A DNA stretch of 64,000 bases from an uncultured delta proteobacterium (GCA_963796685.1 CAWCMR010000008.1:576001-640000), one strand, 5' to 3'; counted from the first letter of the stretch, positions 18,773 through 28,920 are shown. Program-made: numbers and translations. Notes: a model not told the origin generated them from the letters alone.

Positions 18773-19771
18773 ATGCCCGAGACCCAGCCATCTGCCAAGC
18801 ACCACGGCCTTCGCACCTGGATTCAGGTGGGGGCAAGCATCGCCGTCCTCGCGGGGACCCTCACCTTCGTCGATCGCGAACAGATTTGGCGAAGTCTGCG
18901 CCACGTACAGCCCGGTTGGCTGGTGGTCACGCTGGCCGTGTTCCTGGCGCAGTTCCTGGTGATGGCCGCGCGCTGGTGGCTCTTCGCGCGCAGGCTTTCG
19001 GCCCCCCTTTCCTACTCGCGCGCCCTGTCCGAATATTTCCTGGCCAGCTTTCTCAACCAGGTGCTTCCGTTCGGCGTCCTCGGCGACGTAACCCGAGCGG
19101 TTCGACATACGCGGGCCTCGCTGAACGATGCAAGCCCAGGCGTGGGCAATGCCCGCGTGGTGCTCGCCATCGTCCTCGAACGCGCGGCCGGACAACTGGG
19201 ACTGTGGCTGGTGGTCGCGGCGATTCTGCCCACCTGGTGGGTGGCGGGAAAGAGCTTGCCCGGCCACTCGCTCGCCGTCGGAATTCTCGCCGGCGCGGTC
19301 GCCCTCGCCTTGGCTGTCGTCGTGGGGATCGCGTGGCGGCGGCGCAAAGCCGCGCCGGAAATGAAACGACTCATGGCCGAAGGCTGGCGCGCCATGTTCG
19401 CTCCTGCTCCTCTCGCCACCCACCTGCCGCTCTCGTTGCTGCTCGTCGCTGGCCACATCCTCGCCTTCGTCGCCATCGCCCAAGGCATGGGGCTTTCCCT
19501 GCCCTTCGCGCTGGCCGCCCGCGTGGTGCCGCTGGTGCTGGTCACCACGACGCTGCCGCTCTTCCTGGCGGGCTGGGGCGTGCGCGAAGCCACGATCGCC
19601 GGCCTCTACCACCTGGCCGGCCTGCGCGGCGCGGAAGGCGTGACCATCGCGCTCGTCTATGGAGGCCTGAGCCTGCTCGCCAGCACACCCGGCGTCCTTG
19701 CCCTGTGGCGATCCGCCGACGGGTGCGGCCTATACACGCACGGCCACGAGCGGACCACCGCGATTCGATGA
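18773..19771 (+). CDS. Lysylphosphatidylglycerol synthase-TM (UPF0104) flippase-like membrane protein
   Basis: ARWW...FLNQVLP..GD..R...ER...GWGVRE and multiple TM helices. Confidence 0.85.
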   Translation: MPETQPSAKHHGLRTWIQVGASIAVLAGTLTFVDREQIWRSLRHVQPGWLVVTLAVFLAQFLVMAARWWLFARRLSAPLSYSRALSEYFLASFLNQVLPFGVLGDVTRAVRHTRASLNDASPGVGNARVVLAIVLERAAGQLGLWLVVAAILPTWWVAGKSLPGHSLAVGILAGAVALALAVVVGIAWRRRKAAPEMKRLMAEGWRAMFAPAPLATHLPLSLLLVAGHILAFVAIAQGMGLSLPFALAARVVPLVLVTTTLPLFLAGWGVREATIAGLYHLAGLRGAEGVTIALVYGGLSLLASTPGVLALWRSADGCGLYTHGHERTTAIR

Positions 19772-19835
19772 GCCGCCTCGCGGGCACCGGGGCCGATACG
19801 GTGTACACTGGGTTGTTTCATCCGGAGGAATTTCG

Positions 19836-20537
19836 ATGCGCAGCTCTACCAAAGTCATCTTCATGCTCGTCATCGCCGGCATGGTCGTCACGCTCGGCGA
19901 ATCCGCCGCATTGGCCCAACGCTACTATGGCCGCGGTTATGGTCCGCGGCCCGGCTACGCGCCCGCCCCGGCCTACGGTTCATGGGACGGATTCCACCAG
20001 CACGACGGCTTCTACATGCGGCTCTACGCGGGGTTCGGCGACTTCACCGCCTCGGAATCCTACGCCGGCGCGACCGATACCTACTCGGGCATCGGCGCGA
20101 CCTACGGCGCCGCGTTCGGAGGCGCCATCGCCCCCAACTTGATCCTCTACGGCGAATTTCTGGGAACCACGGTCACCAACGCCACGTTGTCGTATGGTGG
20201 CGGAACGCCGGACTACTCCGGCCTGGATCTGACGATGTTCGGGTTTGGTCCCGGCGTGGCCTACTACATCGAGCCCATCAACCTGTACCTGTCCGGGACG
20301 CTGACCTTCACCCAGATCTCCTTCAGCGACACCAACACGGCGGCTCCGCTCGACAGCACGAACCTTGGCATCGGTTTCAGTTTCATGATCGGCAAGGAGT
20401 GGTGGATCACGCCCGACTGGGGGATCGGCCTCGCGGGGCAAATCCACGTCGCGACCATGGGCGACACCGTGAGCGGCTACGACACCCGCATGCGCGCCGC
20501 CGCCTTTTCGCTACTCTTCTCGGCGACCTACAACTAA
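19836..20537 (+). CDS. Secreted outer-membrane beta-barrel-like protein
   Basis: GGAGG RBS, signal peptide, alternating beta strands, HDGFYMRL and GKEWW motifs, terminal ATYN. Confidence 0.65.
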   Translation: MRSSTKVIFMLVIAGMVVTLGESAALAQRYYGRGYGPRPGYAPAPAYGSWDGFHQHDGFYMRLYAGFGDFTASESYAGATDTYSGIGATYGAAFGGAIAPNLILYGEFLGTTVTNATLSYGGGTPDYSGLDLTMFGFGPGVAYYIEPINLYLSGTLTFTQISFSDTNTAAPLDSTNLGIGFSFMIGKEWWITPDWGIGLAGQIHVATMGDTVSGYDTRMRAAAFSLLFSATYN

Positions 20538-20599
20538 GATGTGCGTCAGGTGCTTGGGAGATGGTCCGTCGAACATCGGTCTTGGGATATCCAGCCTTG

Positions 20600-21199
20600 A
20601 TGACCCGCGGCCTGGAGCGGCCCCATCGGGATTCGAGCTGGTTGCGGCGGGGCGTAGTGCTCGCCCTGCTGGTCGGCATGGTCGGTGGTTGCAAGAGACC
20701 GGCGCTGGCCGCGCAAGATGCGCGGAATGCGAAGGCGGCCGGAGAGTCCCCGAAGGCGTCCAAGACCGATACGTCGCCCGGCTATCCCGTGGACACGCGC
20801 CCACCCAAGGACTTCTTCAACGACCGGCTGCTGCGCACCTTGGCGCGTGAGGCATCGGCCACCGTCGTCTGTCGCTTGTCGAGCTTGACCGATGTCTTCC
20901 CCGAGCACCGCAATCCCGACATTTTTTACGATGCCACCTGCGACGTGCTCGAGGTGCTCGCCGATTCCCTCGCCGGTTCTCTCGATGGGAAGCCCCTGCA
21001 CTTCATCTGGCAAGTCGAGCGGGATGCCCGCATGCCGCCGCCCCAGTCCGAGCTCCTGGTGTACCTCAAGGCGCGCAAGGAACCACTCGACGGTCCGCCT
21101 GCCTTGAAGTGGGTCGCGCTCGACACGGGGGTCATGCGCTACACGCCCGCGCTGCGGGACAGGATGCATCGCCAATCCAAGAAGACGAAGAAGAAATAG
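20600..21199 (+). CDS. Hypothetical lipoprotein
   Basis: Lipobox-like VGGC after a hydrophobic stretch. Confidence 0.6.
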   Translation: MTRGLERPHRDSSWLRRGVVLALLVGMVGGCKRPALAAQDARNAKAAGESPKASKTDTSPGYPVDTRPPKDFFNDRLLRTLAREASATVVCRLSSLTDVFPEHRNPDIFYDATCDVLEVLADSLAGSLDGKPLHFIWQVERDARMPPPQSELLVYLKARKEPLDGPPALKWVALDTGVMRYTPALRDRMHRQSKKTKKK

Positions 21200-21341
21200 C
21201 AGGCGCTGTGGGACGGGTCGCAAGCGGTCCACGGCGACTATTTCGATCGCGCCTCCCGCGTCTCGCTGTGGATGTCCGAGTAGTGTCGGCGTAGGCGTCT
21301 CTCAGCCCCTTGACGCTCAGGAGGCAAAGGCGTTACCGCTC

Positions 21342-22085
21342 TCAACGCAAGTCTCGACGCTCTTTCCGGGCGCTCCGCCCCTGTGGCCGATCGATCTTGG
21401 CAAGCGCCGACCATTCCCGCTCGCTGGCCGAGCTTGCCGCAAGCGAAAGAGGCACGTCGTGCCGAAAGGCATAGCGCACGAGATCCGCGCTGGAATGGGC
21501 GGCCAGTTTTTCGTTGATGTGGGCACGATGGGTTTCGACGGTCTTGGCGCTGATGCACAGCTCGCGCGCCACCGCCTTCGTGGTGAAGCCACGCACGACA
21601 AGGTCGAAGACCTCCCGTTCACGCAGGGAAAGCTGCTCCAGCGGATCGCCGTCGATCCCTTCCTCTTCGTCGGCGATCCGAAGCGCAGAGCCCGTCCTGC
21701 GCAAGGCTTGGGATAGGTAACGGTGACCCGCCTCCAGGCTGGCGAGGGCCGCGAGCAGCGTCTCCGTCGATTCGTCCTTGGTCATGCACGCGTCGATCCC
21801 TTCGAGCCATGCCGCCTGCAACAAGCGACGCTCCTTGCACCCGGTGAGGACGAGGAGCTTGCAGCCCTGCTGCAATCTTCGAATTTCCCGCGCCGCCGTA
21901 ACCCCGTCCACACCCGGGAGCAGAAGCTCCATCATCACCAGGTCCGGGTGCAGGCGGCAGACCATTTCGTAGGCCTCGCGGGCGTTCGCGGCTTGCCCCA
22001 CGACCTCCATGTTACCCCCTGCGCGCAGTAGCGCGCACAGGCCCTCCCGAAACAGTCGCTGATCGTCAACCAACAACACGCGCAT
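21342..22085 (-). CDS. NarL/LuxR-family response regulator (Glu at phosphoacceptor position)
   Basis: MRVLLVDDQRLFREGL, PDLVMMELLLPGVDG, LSLREREV...ISAKTVETHR. Confidence 0.92.
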   Translation of the reverse strand: MRVLLVDDQRLFREGLCALLRAGGNMEVVGQAANAREAYEMVCRLHPDLVMMELLLPGVDGVTAAREIRRLQQGCKLLVLTGCKERRLLQAAWLEGIDACMTKDESTETLLAALASLEAGHRYLSQALRRTGSALRIADEEEGIDGDPLEQLSLREREVFDLVVRGFTTKAVARELCISAKTVETHRAHINEKLAAHSSADLVRYAFRHDVPLSLAASSASEREWSALAKIDRPQGRSARKERRDLR

Positions 22086-22146
22086 GCTGGCGCCTCTAAA
22101 CCCCAGGCAGGTTGATCTGGCAGGTGGGCATCGTCCTGTCAACCGA

Positions 22147-22662
22147 TCAGTCGCCAAGCAAATGCGTGACCAATGCCCAAAGCTGTTCCATGCCAAAAGG
22201 TTTGCACAGAACCGCGTTCGCTCCGTGCTCAATCGCGCGCATAGCCAAGAAATCCGAATGGCGACTCGTGGTCAGGATGACCTTGGGCATCTTGGGCATG
22301 CTCTGAAGCTCGCGAAGGAGGTCCATGCCCGGCAGGTCGTGCAACCCCATCTCCGAGATGACCACATCCACCAGCCCCGACCGAACCAACGAAAGTCCAT
22401 CCCGTCCGCGGGTGGCCAGTGCCACTGTCGCGCCGGACTGACGAAACTCTTCGAGCAGCCAGTCGCCAAAGTCCGCATCGTCCGCAATGACGAGAATGCG
22501 CCGCCCGCACTGGTGGCGAGCGGCCCGAGCAGGAGGCCGGGGCAATTCTTCCCCCGCGCCGGTCCCCGCCAATCTCGCCAGCCAAACCCCAGGCGGTCGC
22601 CCGCCAGGGAAGGAAACCTGAGATTCCACATCCATGAGCTTGTCCTGTTCTCCACCCGTCAT
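22147..22662 (-). CDS. Single-domain receiver protein (Glu at phosphoacceptor position)
   Basis: RILVIADD, VDVVISEMGLHDLPG, VILTT, VLCKPF. Start uncertain. Confidence 0.8.
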   Translation of the reverse strand: MTGGEQDKLMDVESQVSFPGGRPPGVWLARLAGTGAGEELPRPPARAARHQCGRRILVIADDADFGDWLLEEFRQSGATVALATRGRDGLSLVRSGLVDVVISEMGLHDLPGMDLLRELQSMPKMPKVILTTSRHSDFLAMRAIEHGANAVLCKPFGMEQLWALVTHLLGD

Positions 22663-23064
22663 GACTTCCTCTTTCGCATCCCGTGGATCGGATAGGCGAG
22701 AGGGTTCATGATGCGTTCCTCTCGCCTACCCGATCTCCTCCACCCCCCCCACAAGCGAGGCTATTACCCTATTGCCACTCCCGGTGCGCCAGTGCGATCG
22801 ACATCTACGTGTCTAGGCTCTCTCGTCCACAGGGAGAACGGTCGTATTAGTAGCGCAGCCCCAGGGCTTTGCCATAGGGATGAGTCTGTATTTTCTAGAA
22901 ACAACGCGTGCAGGTCGTCCATGGTGAAGAGTTTCTGCAGGGTGCCGGCAAGGCCGGGCTCGCGGTACCGGGACATGGCACATCTGCGTCGATCGAAGAT
23001 CCTCATCGGGGGGATAGCGCTCCTGGACCGTGGCCGCCCGCCAGCGAGCTGGTATCTTGGGATC

Positions 23065-23235
23065 ATGTCACCGCTGCATGGCCGCGTTCAAAACGGCCGA
23101 ATCATCGTTCAGGAGCATGTCGATCTCCCTGAGGGGACCGAGGTTCGCCTCGAGATCGTCGAGCACGAGGAGGACCGCGATGGACTCGACGACCAGGATC
23201 GGGCTCGCCTCGAAGCTGCCATGGACGAAGACTGA
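23065..23235 (+). CDS. Small AbrB/DUF104-like antitoxin-type protein, possibly truncated
   Basis: LHGRVQNGRIIV.E.VDLPEGTEVRLEI beta pattern followed by an acidic tail. Confidence 0.55.
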   Translation: MSPLHGRVQNGRIIVQEHVDLPEGTEVRLEIVEHEEDRDGLDDQDRARLEAAMDED

Positions 23236-23266
23236 CAGACGCCCTGTCCATGATACAAGATCCGCC

Positions 23267-24054
23267 GTGAGCCTCGGTCGGCGCAAGGTCGGTCTCGATG
23301 ATCCCACGCGGTGGGTGTTCAATCGCATGGCCGACGTCTACGATGCGCGTCCCGCCTACCCGACTGCGCTGATCGAGGCGCTGGCCGACCTGGCCGCTGG
23401 CCCGCGCGTGGGCGATCTGGGCGCGGGGATCGGGCACGTCGCGCTGCCCCTGGCCGAGCGGGGGTTCGAGATCGTCGCCGTCGAGCCGGCGCAGGCGATG
23501 CTGACTCGGCTGCGCGCGGAGGCGCGCAAACGCCGGCTGAAGGTACGCGCGATCCACGCGGCGGCCGAGGCCATGCCTCTCGATGCGGGCAGCCTGGATC
23601 TCGCGGTGGTGGCGGACGCGCTTCACTTCCTGGACGCCGAGCTCATCGCCAAGGAGATTGCACGCGTGCTTGCCCCCAGGGGCGCGCTGGCCATCGTGAG
23701 CTGCGAGCTGCGCCAAGACGCCGTTCATGCGAAGCCTGGTGGAGCTGCATCGAGTCGGCGGTGCCGCGGCGGCCACGCAAGCTGGACCAGAACCTGGTTC
23801 AGGTGGCGGCAATCACCGGCGTCCGCTTCGCGCACCCACGCCAGTTTCACGACGAGACGCCGGTGGATGGCGATACCCTCGAACGCATCTTACGTTCCAT
23901 TTCGTTCATCGGACCGGCCATGAACCCGGCGCGCTTCGCCGCCTTTCGCGCGCGCGTTCGCTCCCTTCCGGACCGGCCGGCGTGGGCGCGAACCTTCACC
24001 TTGCGCGCGGGTCGGCGCCACCGCCCATCCCGGGGTAAGCTACAGCGGCGATGA
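23267..24054 (+). CDS. Class I SAM-dependent methyltransferase (two +1 frameshifts near 23711 and 23748)
   Basis: YDARPAYP, VGDLGAGIG, AVEP..AM, ARVLAPRG. Confidence 0.85.
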
Positions 24055-24650
24055 GCGAATCCGATCGGCGCCTACCGGCAAGACGCATCGACCCCGAAGC
24101 GCGCGAGCGCGTGGCGCACGCGCTGGCCCACAACTTCGCCGCCGATCACCTCGACGCCGATGAGCTGGAGTCTCGCCTGGCGCGGGTCTACGCTGCCACG
24201 ACTCCGACAGAGCTGGAAAGCATCGTCGCGGACCTGCCTGCGGTGGCCCAGGCGTCCGCAGCGGTAGTGCCGGCCAAGGCGCCCGAGGCTCACCGCATCT
24301 CCGCCCTCTTCTCGGCCCAGGAGCAGCGCCTGACCGGCGCGGTTCCGCGCCGCATCGAGCTTCGCGGCAGCCTCGGTTACATCGAGCTGGATCTCACCCA
24401 GGCGACGTTCGAACCGGGGCTCACCGAGATCGACGTGCGCGCGTTCATGGGCTACGTCGAGATCCGTTTCCCGGCCGGCGTGCGGGTCGAGAGCGGCGGC
24501 CATGCGCTGTTCGGCTTCTTCTCGCTCAAGGGCGGCTCGAGCACCGACCCATCGCCGAGCGTGGTCAAGATCACCGGCCGCGCGACCTTCGGCTATGCGG
24601 AATTTTTCGTGAAGAGAGACAAGAAGGCGTTGCCACCCACTTCGGAATGA
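24051..24650 (+). CDS. DUF1707 (SHOCT-like) + LiaF/DUF2154-like domain protein
   Basis: RERVAHALAHNFAADHLDADELESRL...TELESIVADLP and GYIELDLTQA. Confidence 0.8.
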   Translation: MSESDRRLPARRIDPEARERVAHALAHNFAADHLDADELESRLARVYAATTPTELESIVADLPAVAQASAAVVPAKAPEAHRISALFSAQEQRLTGAVPRRIELRGSLGYIELDLTQATFEPGLTEIDVRAFMGYVEIRFPAGVRVESGGHALFGFFSLKGGSSTDPSPSVVKITGRATFGYAEFFVKRDKKALPPTSE

Positions 24651-24653
24651 GTC

Positions 24654-25808
24654 TCACATCGCCCGAACTGTCGGCGGATGGAGGGTGCCTATCGCGGTGG
24701 CAGCGATCTGAAACAGGTTGAGCGCGCGGGCGCGGAACTGGGCGGCGCTGGTCAGAAGGTAGAACTTCCACATGCGGTAGAAAGGGTCGCCGTAGCGCGC
24801 GCGCAGGGTCGGCCAAGCCCGATCGAAGTTCGCCCACCAGGCCATGAGGGTACGGTCGTAGTCGGGGCCGATGTTGTGAACGTCCTCGATAACCAGGATC
24901 TTGTCCATGGCCGTCGCCAATTGGCCCAGGGTGGGGATGACCGCATTGGGGAAGATGTACTTGTGGTACCAAGGATCGATCTGGGCGCGCGGTTCTTGGC
25001 CGCCGATGGTGTGGATGAAGACGATGCCCCCAGGCGCGAGGCAGCGCGCCGCCAGCTCCATGTACGCGCGATAGTTCTTGGGGCCGACGTGCTCCATCAG
25101 CCCGATGGAGACGACGGCATCGTAGCTGCCGCTGGCCTTGCGGTAGTCGTCGAGCCGGATCTCGACCGGCAACTTGGCGTGGCGCTCTTGGGCAAAGGCC
25201 CATTGCTCGCGCGACACGGTGTAGCCGACGACGCTCGCCCCATAGCGTTCGGCGGCGAACGCCGCGAAGCCGCCCCAGCCACAACCGAGGTCGAGAACGC
25301 GCATACCTGGCCGGGCGCCGATCTTGCGACAAACCAGGTCGAGCTTGGCCTCCTGGGCGGCGTCCAGGTTGTCCGCGTTTTTCCAGTACGCGCAGGTGTA
25401 GACCATACGCGGGTCGAGCATGGCCTGGTATAGGTCGTTGCCCACGTCGTAGTGTCGTTTGCCCACTTCGAAAGGCCGCGCGGCCTGCAGGTTGCGGATG
25501 CGCGCCTTGATCGCATTCGCCAGCAAGACCCAGCTCTCGCTCAGCACGAGGTCGACCTGCGCGCGGGTGACCCGCTCGAACATCTGGTCGATGGCCTGGC
25601 AGTCCCACCAGCCCTCGACGTAGGACTCGCCGATCCCGAGCGTGCCGTCGCGCAGGGCGCGCGCGTAGACGCGTTGATCGTGAATTTGGACGTCCCACGG
25701 AGCGTCGCCGCCGATGCTGACACCGGCGCGCTGGAGAAGCTCGCGCACGGTTTCGGCCGCGCGACGCTCGTCGAAGATCGACAGTAGCCTCCGTGCGCGT
25801 CCAATCAT
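24654..25808 (-). CDS. cfa: Cyclopropane-fatty-acyl-phospholipid synthase family methyltransferase
   Basis: HYDVGNDLY, YTCAYW, LDLGCGWGG, SIGLMEHVG, KYIFPN. Confidence 0.93.
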   Translation of the reverse strand: MIGRARRLLSIFDERRAAETVRELLQRAGVSIGGDAPWDVQIHDQRVYARALRDGTLGIGESYVEGWWDCQAIDQMFERVTRAQVDLVLSESWVLLANAIKARIRNLQAARPFEVGKRHYDVGNDLYQAMLDPRMVYTCAYWKNADNLDAAQEAKLDLVCRKIGARPGMRVLDLGCGWGGFAAFAAERYGASVVGYTVSREQWAFAQERHAKLPVEIRLDDYRKASGSYDAVVSIGLMEHVGPKNYRAYMELAARCLAPGGIVFIHTIGGQEPRAQIDPWYHKYIFPNAVIPTLGQLATAMDKILVIEDVHNIGPDYDRTLMAWWANFDRAWPTLRARYGDPFYRMWKFYLLTSAAQFRARALNLFQIAATAIGTLHPPTVRAM

Positions 25809-27031
25809 GCCGGACCGTCCGTTGTGCGACCGCGCCCCAGCCACCGGTCGGCCCCGGCCAAGGCGACGTCGATGAGATGGGGCGCGGGCAGTCGGGCGCC
25901 CGAAAACAACCAGGCGAAGCCCGAGCTGACAGCGTGCCTGGATTTTCGCGAGAGGAACCCATGGGGAGGCGCCACGGGAGGTGCTACGGGACGCGCGGGC
26001 GAAGAGCGCGAGAAGCGGCTGCGCAAGACGCTGGCGGTTTCACGCAGTCGAAAGACGCGCCGGTAGTCCGCCAGCACCGGATGCGCGGCAAGACGGGCGG
26101 GATAGCTCGCGGGCTCACCCACCACGATCGCCTCGGCGAGCAGGCGGCCCGAGAGTGCCGCGGGCAAGATCCCCTCGGCGGTGATCGGTTGCGCCAGGCC
26201 CAGGCTGTCGCCGACGAGATAGACGCCGCACCTGCCGTCGTCCAAGAGGCGCGCGGCCCCGCGCAGGTGCTCCGGGTGGTAGAGGAAGTACGAGTACCCC
26301 TTCATGGCGTCCAGCTCGGGTTCCGAATCGGCGGGCACGTGGCCGGCGGCGCGAAAATTTGCGCGCGCGCCCTGCCAGGCGGCCCGGACGTCCTTGGGAT
26401 CCACGGTGCCGGTGCCGATATTCAACCATTCGGTCTTGGGAACGTTCCAGGAATAGCCGGACAGATCGTCGTGCAGAAGCAATTCGGGCTCGCCGTCCCG
26501 GCCCAGGCGCGTGCGGGCGATCGCGGCCGGATCGGCGCGAAACTCGTGTTCTTGCACACCGACCGGCCCCATCGGTCGCGGCGGCGGGAACAGGCGCGCG
26601 ACCGGGCAGTGTGTGCCTCCCGCGCCCACCAGGTGGCGCGCACGCAGACCGGCGACCGACCACAAACCGTCCCCGTCGCGCACGATCTCGCCCACCGAAA
26701 CTCCCAGGTGAAGCTCGGCGCCGCTCGTGCGCAGGAGGAAATCGTCGAACTCGAAGCGACGAACGAACCACCCGTGGCACGCGATGGCGCGGTCCTCACC
26801 GCCGTAACGAACGTGGCAGGTGCGCCATTCCCAGCGCCCGCCGGGATAGTCGTACGGCGACAGCTCGAGCACGTCCCAGATGGGCGGCGACAGCCAGCCC
26901 GAGCACAGCTTGACCCTGGGAAACTGCGCGCGATCCACCACGGCGACGTGCAGACCGGCCCGGACCAGGAAGCGCGCGCAGGTGCTTCCCGCCGGCCCGC
27001 CGCCAACGACAATCACATCGAGGACATCCAT
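25805..27031 (-). CDS. FAD-dependent oxidoreductase, geranylgeranyl-reductase family
   Basis: VGGGPAGS, FPRVKLCSG, GYSWNVPK, VGDSLGLAQPITAEGI. Confidence 0.88.
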   Translation of the reverse strand: MDVLDVIVVGGGPAGSTCARFLVRAGLHVAVVDRAQFPRVKLCSGWLSPPIWDVLELSPYDYPGGRWEWRTCHVRYGGEDRAIACHGWFVRRFEFDDFLLRTSGAELHLGVSVGEIVRDGDGLWSVAGLRARHLVGAGGTHCPVARLFPPPRPMGPVGVQEHEFRADPAAIARTRLGRDGEPELLLHDDLSGYSWNVPKTEWLNIGTGTVDPKDVRAAWQGARANFRAAGHVPADSEPELDAMKGYSYFLYHPEHLRGAARLLDDGRCGVYLVGDSLGLAQPITAEGILPAALSGRLLAEAIVVGEPASYPARLAAHPVLADYRRVFRLRETASVLRSRFSRSSPARPVAPPVAPPHGFLSRKSRHAVSSGFAWLFSGARLPAPHLIDVALAGADRWLGRGRTTDGPA

Positions 27032-27112
27032 GGTCCGAAATCTAGCTCACGCCGCGCGAATTCCCAGGGCTGTGCGCAGCTCGGAAGCAACGTCGGCGGG
27101 GGTTCGGGGCGT

Positions 27113-28711
27113 CTAAGGACACACCTTGGCGCCACCCGTGGCGCGATAGGCGTTCGTCTTGCTGACGAAGTTGCCGCCGTCGGTTTCGGGGGTAGTCGGG
27201 CCGTCCGCACCGGCGCCGAAGTAGAGGCCCACGATGTGGGCCGCCACGACCTCGTCCATGTGCCCGAAAAAGTAGTCGAGTCGGTTGTCCTGGTAGTGAT
27301 ACTTCGTGTTGTCGAGGCTCATGTTGCCGACCGGGATCTGCCAGTACAACACGGGCAGGCCGAGACCCTCCGCGACCGCCTTCGTCCAGGTGAACGCCTG
27401 GTGGAAATCGGGCAGGGAGGCGTTGGTGTCGTCCCACCAGGTATCCCGGCCCTGCGTTTTTTCGTAGAAGCCGGCGTCGCGATCCGACACGTCGCTGACG
27501 ATGAAGTCCCCGTCCCTGGCGCCGAGCGCGGTCAGAAACGTCACCATCTTCTGCGCCTCGCCCGGCACGTCCAGCTTCGCATCGCTGTTGCCGAAGACGT
27601 CCATGCTGGTACCCCACGCCGACGCGTGCAGGCCGACCTTGGCATTGGGCGCGTAGACGCGCGCCATGTGGATCATGCATTGGGCGACCCCCGCGGCGCT
27701 GTTCTCGTAGCCCGCGCAGTCGGTTGCGTTGGCGTTCGCGACCATGGCCGGCACCTTGTGAGGATCCGAGCTCAGCTGTTCGACGTAACCCCAGAAGTCC
27801 GGCTCGATGTGCAGAAAGGCCACATGGGTTCCGATCTTCTGCAACACGAAGCGCCAGTCGGCCAGATAGCGCGTGAGAAAAGCCGCATCGTCGAGCGCGG
27901 CGACCTGTGCGGTTCCTTCGGTCAGGCCCGAGGTCTGCAGCTCTTCGTAGTAGGTGAACATCGGGATTTGTTTGGGCGACGCCTTCTCGTTGGTTCCGAC
28001 GAAGCCCTGGACGTATTGCCCGGGCGGATCTTGGTCGTACTGCCAGCAACCCCACCAAGCGCACGCGCCGCCGACGCAAGAGCTTCCACCCGCCGTGCAC
28101 CCCGTGGCGCAGGACGCGCAAGGCGCGCTCCCATCGAAGAGCCCGCCCGAAAGGTACAGGTATCTGCCGTCGAACGGCGCCTGGGCCGCGGTCGCATCCT
28201 CCATCGCTCCCCCGATGAGCACCGAGTCCTTGCCGAGCGACGCGAGGAAGGCCGAGCCGATGCACTCGCCCGGGCTGGTGGCGCCATCGCTGCCAGTCAG
28301 GCCCCCGCTGCCGGTAGAGCCATCCTTGCCGACAATCCCGCCCGCACCCACGCCACCGTCCATTCCCGTGTTTCCGCCCTTACCCGTCGCCCCGCCCGTG
28401 CCTGTCTTGCCGCCCGTGCCCACCATCCCACCGCCGCCTCCGCCTTTGCCGGTATCCCCGGCCGCGGGCGCATCGACGGGTGACCCGACGTCGCTGGCGC
28501 CACGGGCATCCGCGGTAGCGGAGGCGTCTCGCGTGCCTCCCGTGCTCACGACACCCCCCGTGCCCGTGCTCCCCGCCTGCCCGCCCGCCCCGCCTTCACC
28601 CGTCGTCGCGGCATCGATAGTCCCGCCGCTGGACGCCGAACAGGCGGCCCCCACGATGATGCTGGAGAGATACGCAAACAAGGCAGCGTGTTGAATCTGG
28701 CGACTCGTCAT
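27113..28711 (-). CDS. Lipoprotein with Gly/Thr-rich linker and glycoside-hydrolase-like catalytic domain
   Basis: Lipobox GAAC, long GGxG linker, aromatic-rich C-domain (HIEPDFWGY, DRDAGFY, WQIPVGN). Confidence 0.7.
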   Translation of the reverse strand: MTSRQIQHAALFAYLSSIIVGAACSASSGGTIDAATTGEGGAGGQAGSTGTGGVVSTGGTRDASATADARGASDVGSPVDAPAAGDTGKGGGGGGMVGTGGKTGTGGATGKGGNTGMDGGVGAGGIVGKDGSTGSGGLTGSDGATSPGECIGSAFLASLGKDSVLIGGAMEDATAAQAPFDGRYLYLSGGLFDGSAPCASCATGCTAGGSSCVGGACAWWGCWQYDQDPPGQYVQGFVGTNEKASPKQIPMFTYYEELQTSGLTEGTAQVAALDDAAFLTRYLADWRFVLQKIGTHVAFLHIEPDFWGYVEQLSSDPHKVPAMVANANATDCAGYENSAAGVAQCMIHMARVYAPNAKVGLHASAWGTSMDVFGNSDAKLDVPGEAQKMVTFLTALGARDGDFIVSDVSDRDAGFYEKTQGRDTWWDDTNASLPDFHQAFTWTKAVAEGLGLPVLYWQIPVGNMSLDNTKYHYQDNRLDYFFGHMDEVVAAHIVGLYFGAGADGPTTPETDGGNFVSKTNAYRATGGAKVCP

Positions 28712-28759
28712 GGGACCTCCCGATGCGGCTTGGCCGCTCGATCATCGCTCGCAGGCACG

Positions 28760-28920
28760 GTCGATGGCCAGCAAAATATCGGTGGCAACAATGCCGGTGC
28801 CTCCTGGGAGGAGGCGGGCAAGCCGGTCCCCAGCGCCACCGACGTGACCGTGGGCGGGCACACCTGGAACGTCTATCACCAGAACGGCGGCAGCAACGTC
28901 ATCTCCTCGGAACAACCTGA
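28760..28920 (+). pseudogene. Fragment of a GH12-like glycoside hydrolase
   Basis: PVPSATDVTVGGHTWNVYHQNGGSNVIS resembles the GH12 strand 'VTVGGHTWNVY'. No start or remainder seen. Confidence 0.45.

Noticed and set aside
25793-28483. Long alternative-frame ORFs (896 aa here; also 33530-35728, 38332-40239, 52038-54239, 10628-11920)
   Set aside because: These are shadow ORFs typical of high-GC DNA, overlapping well-supported genes and lacking recognisable motifs.
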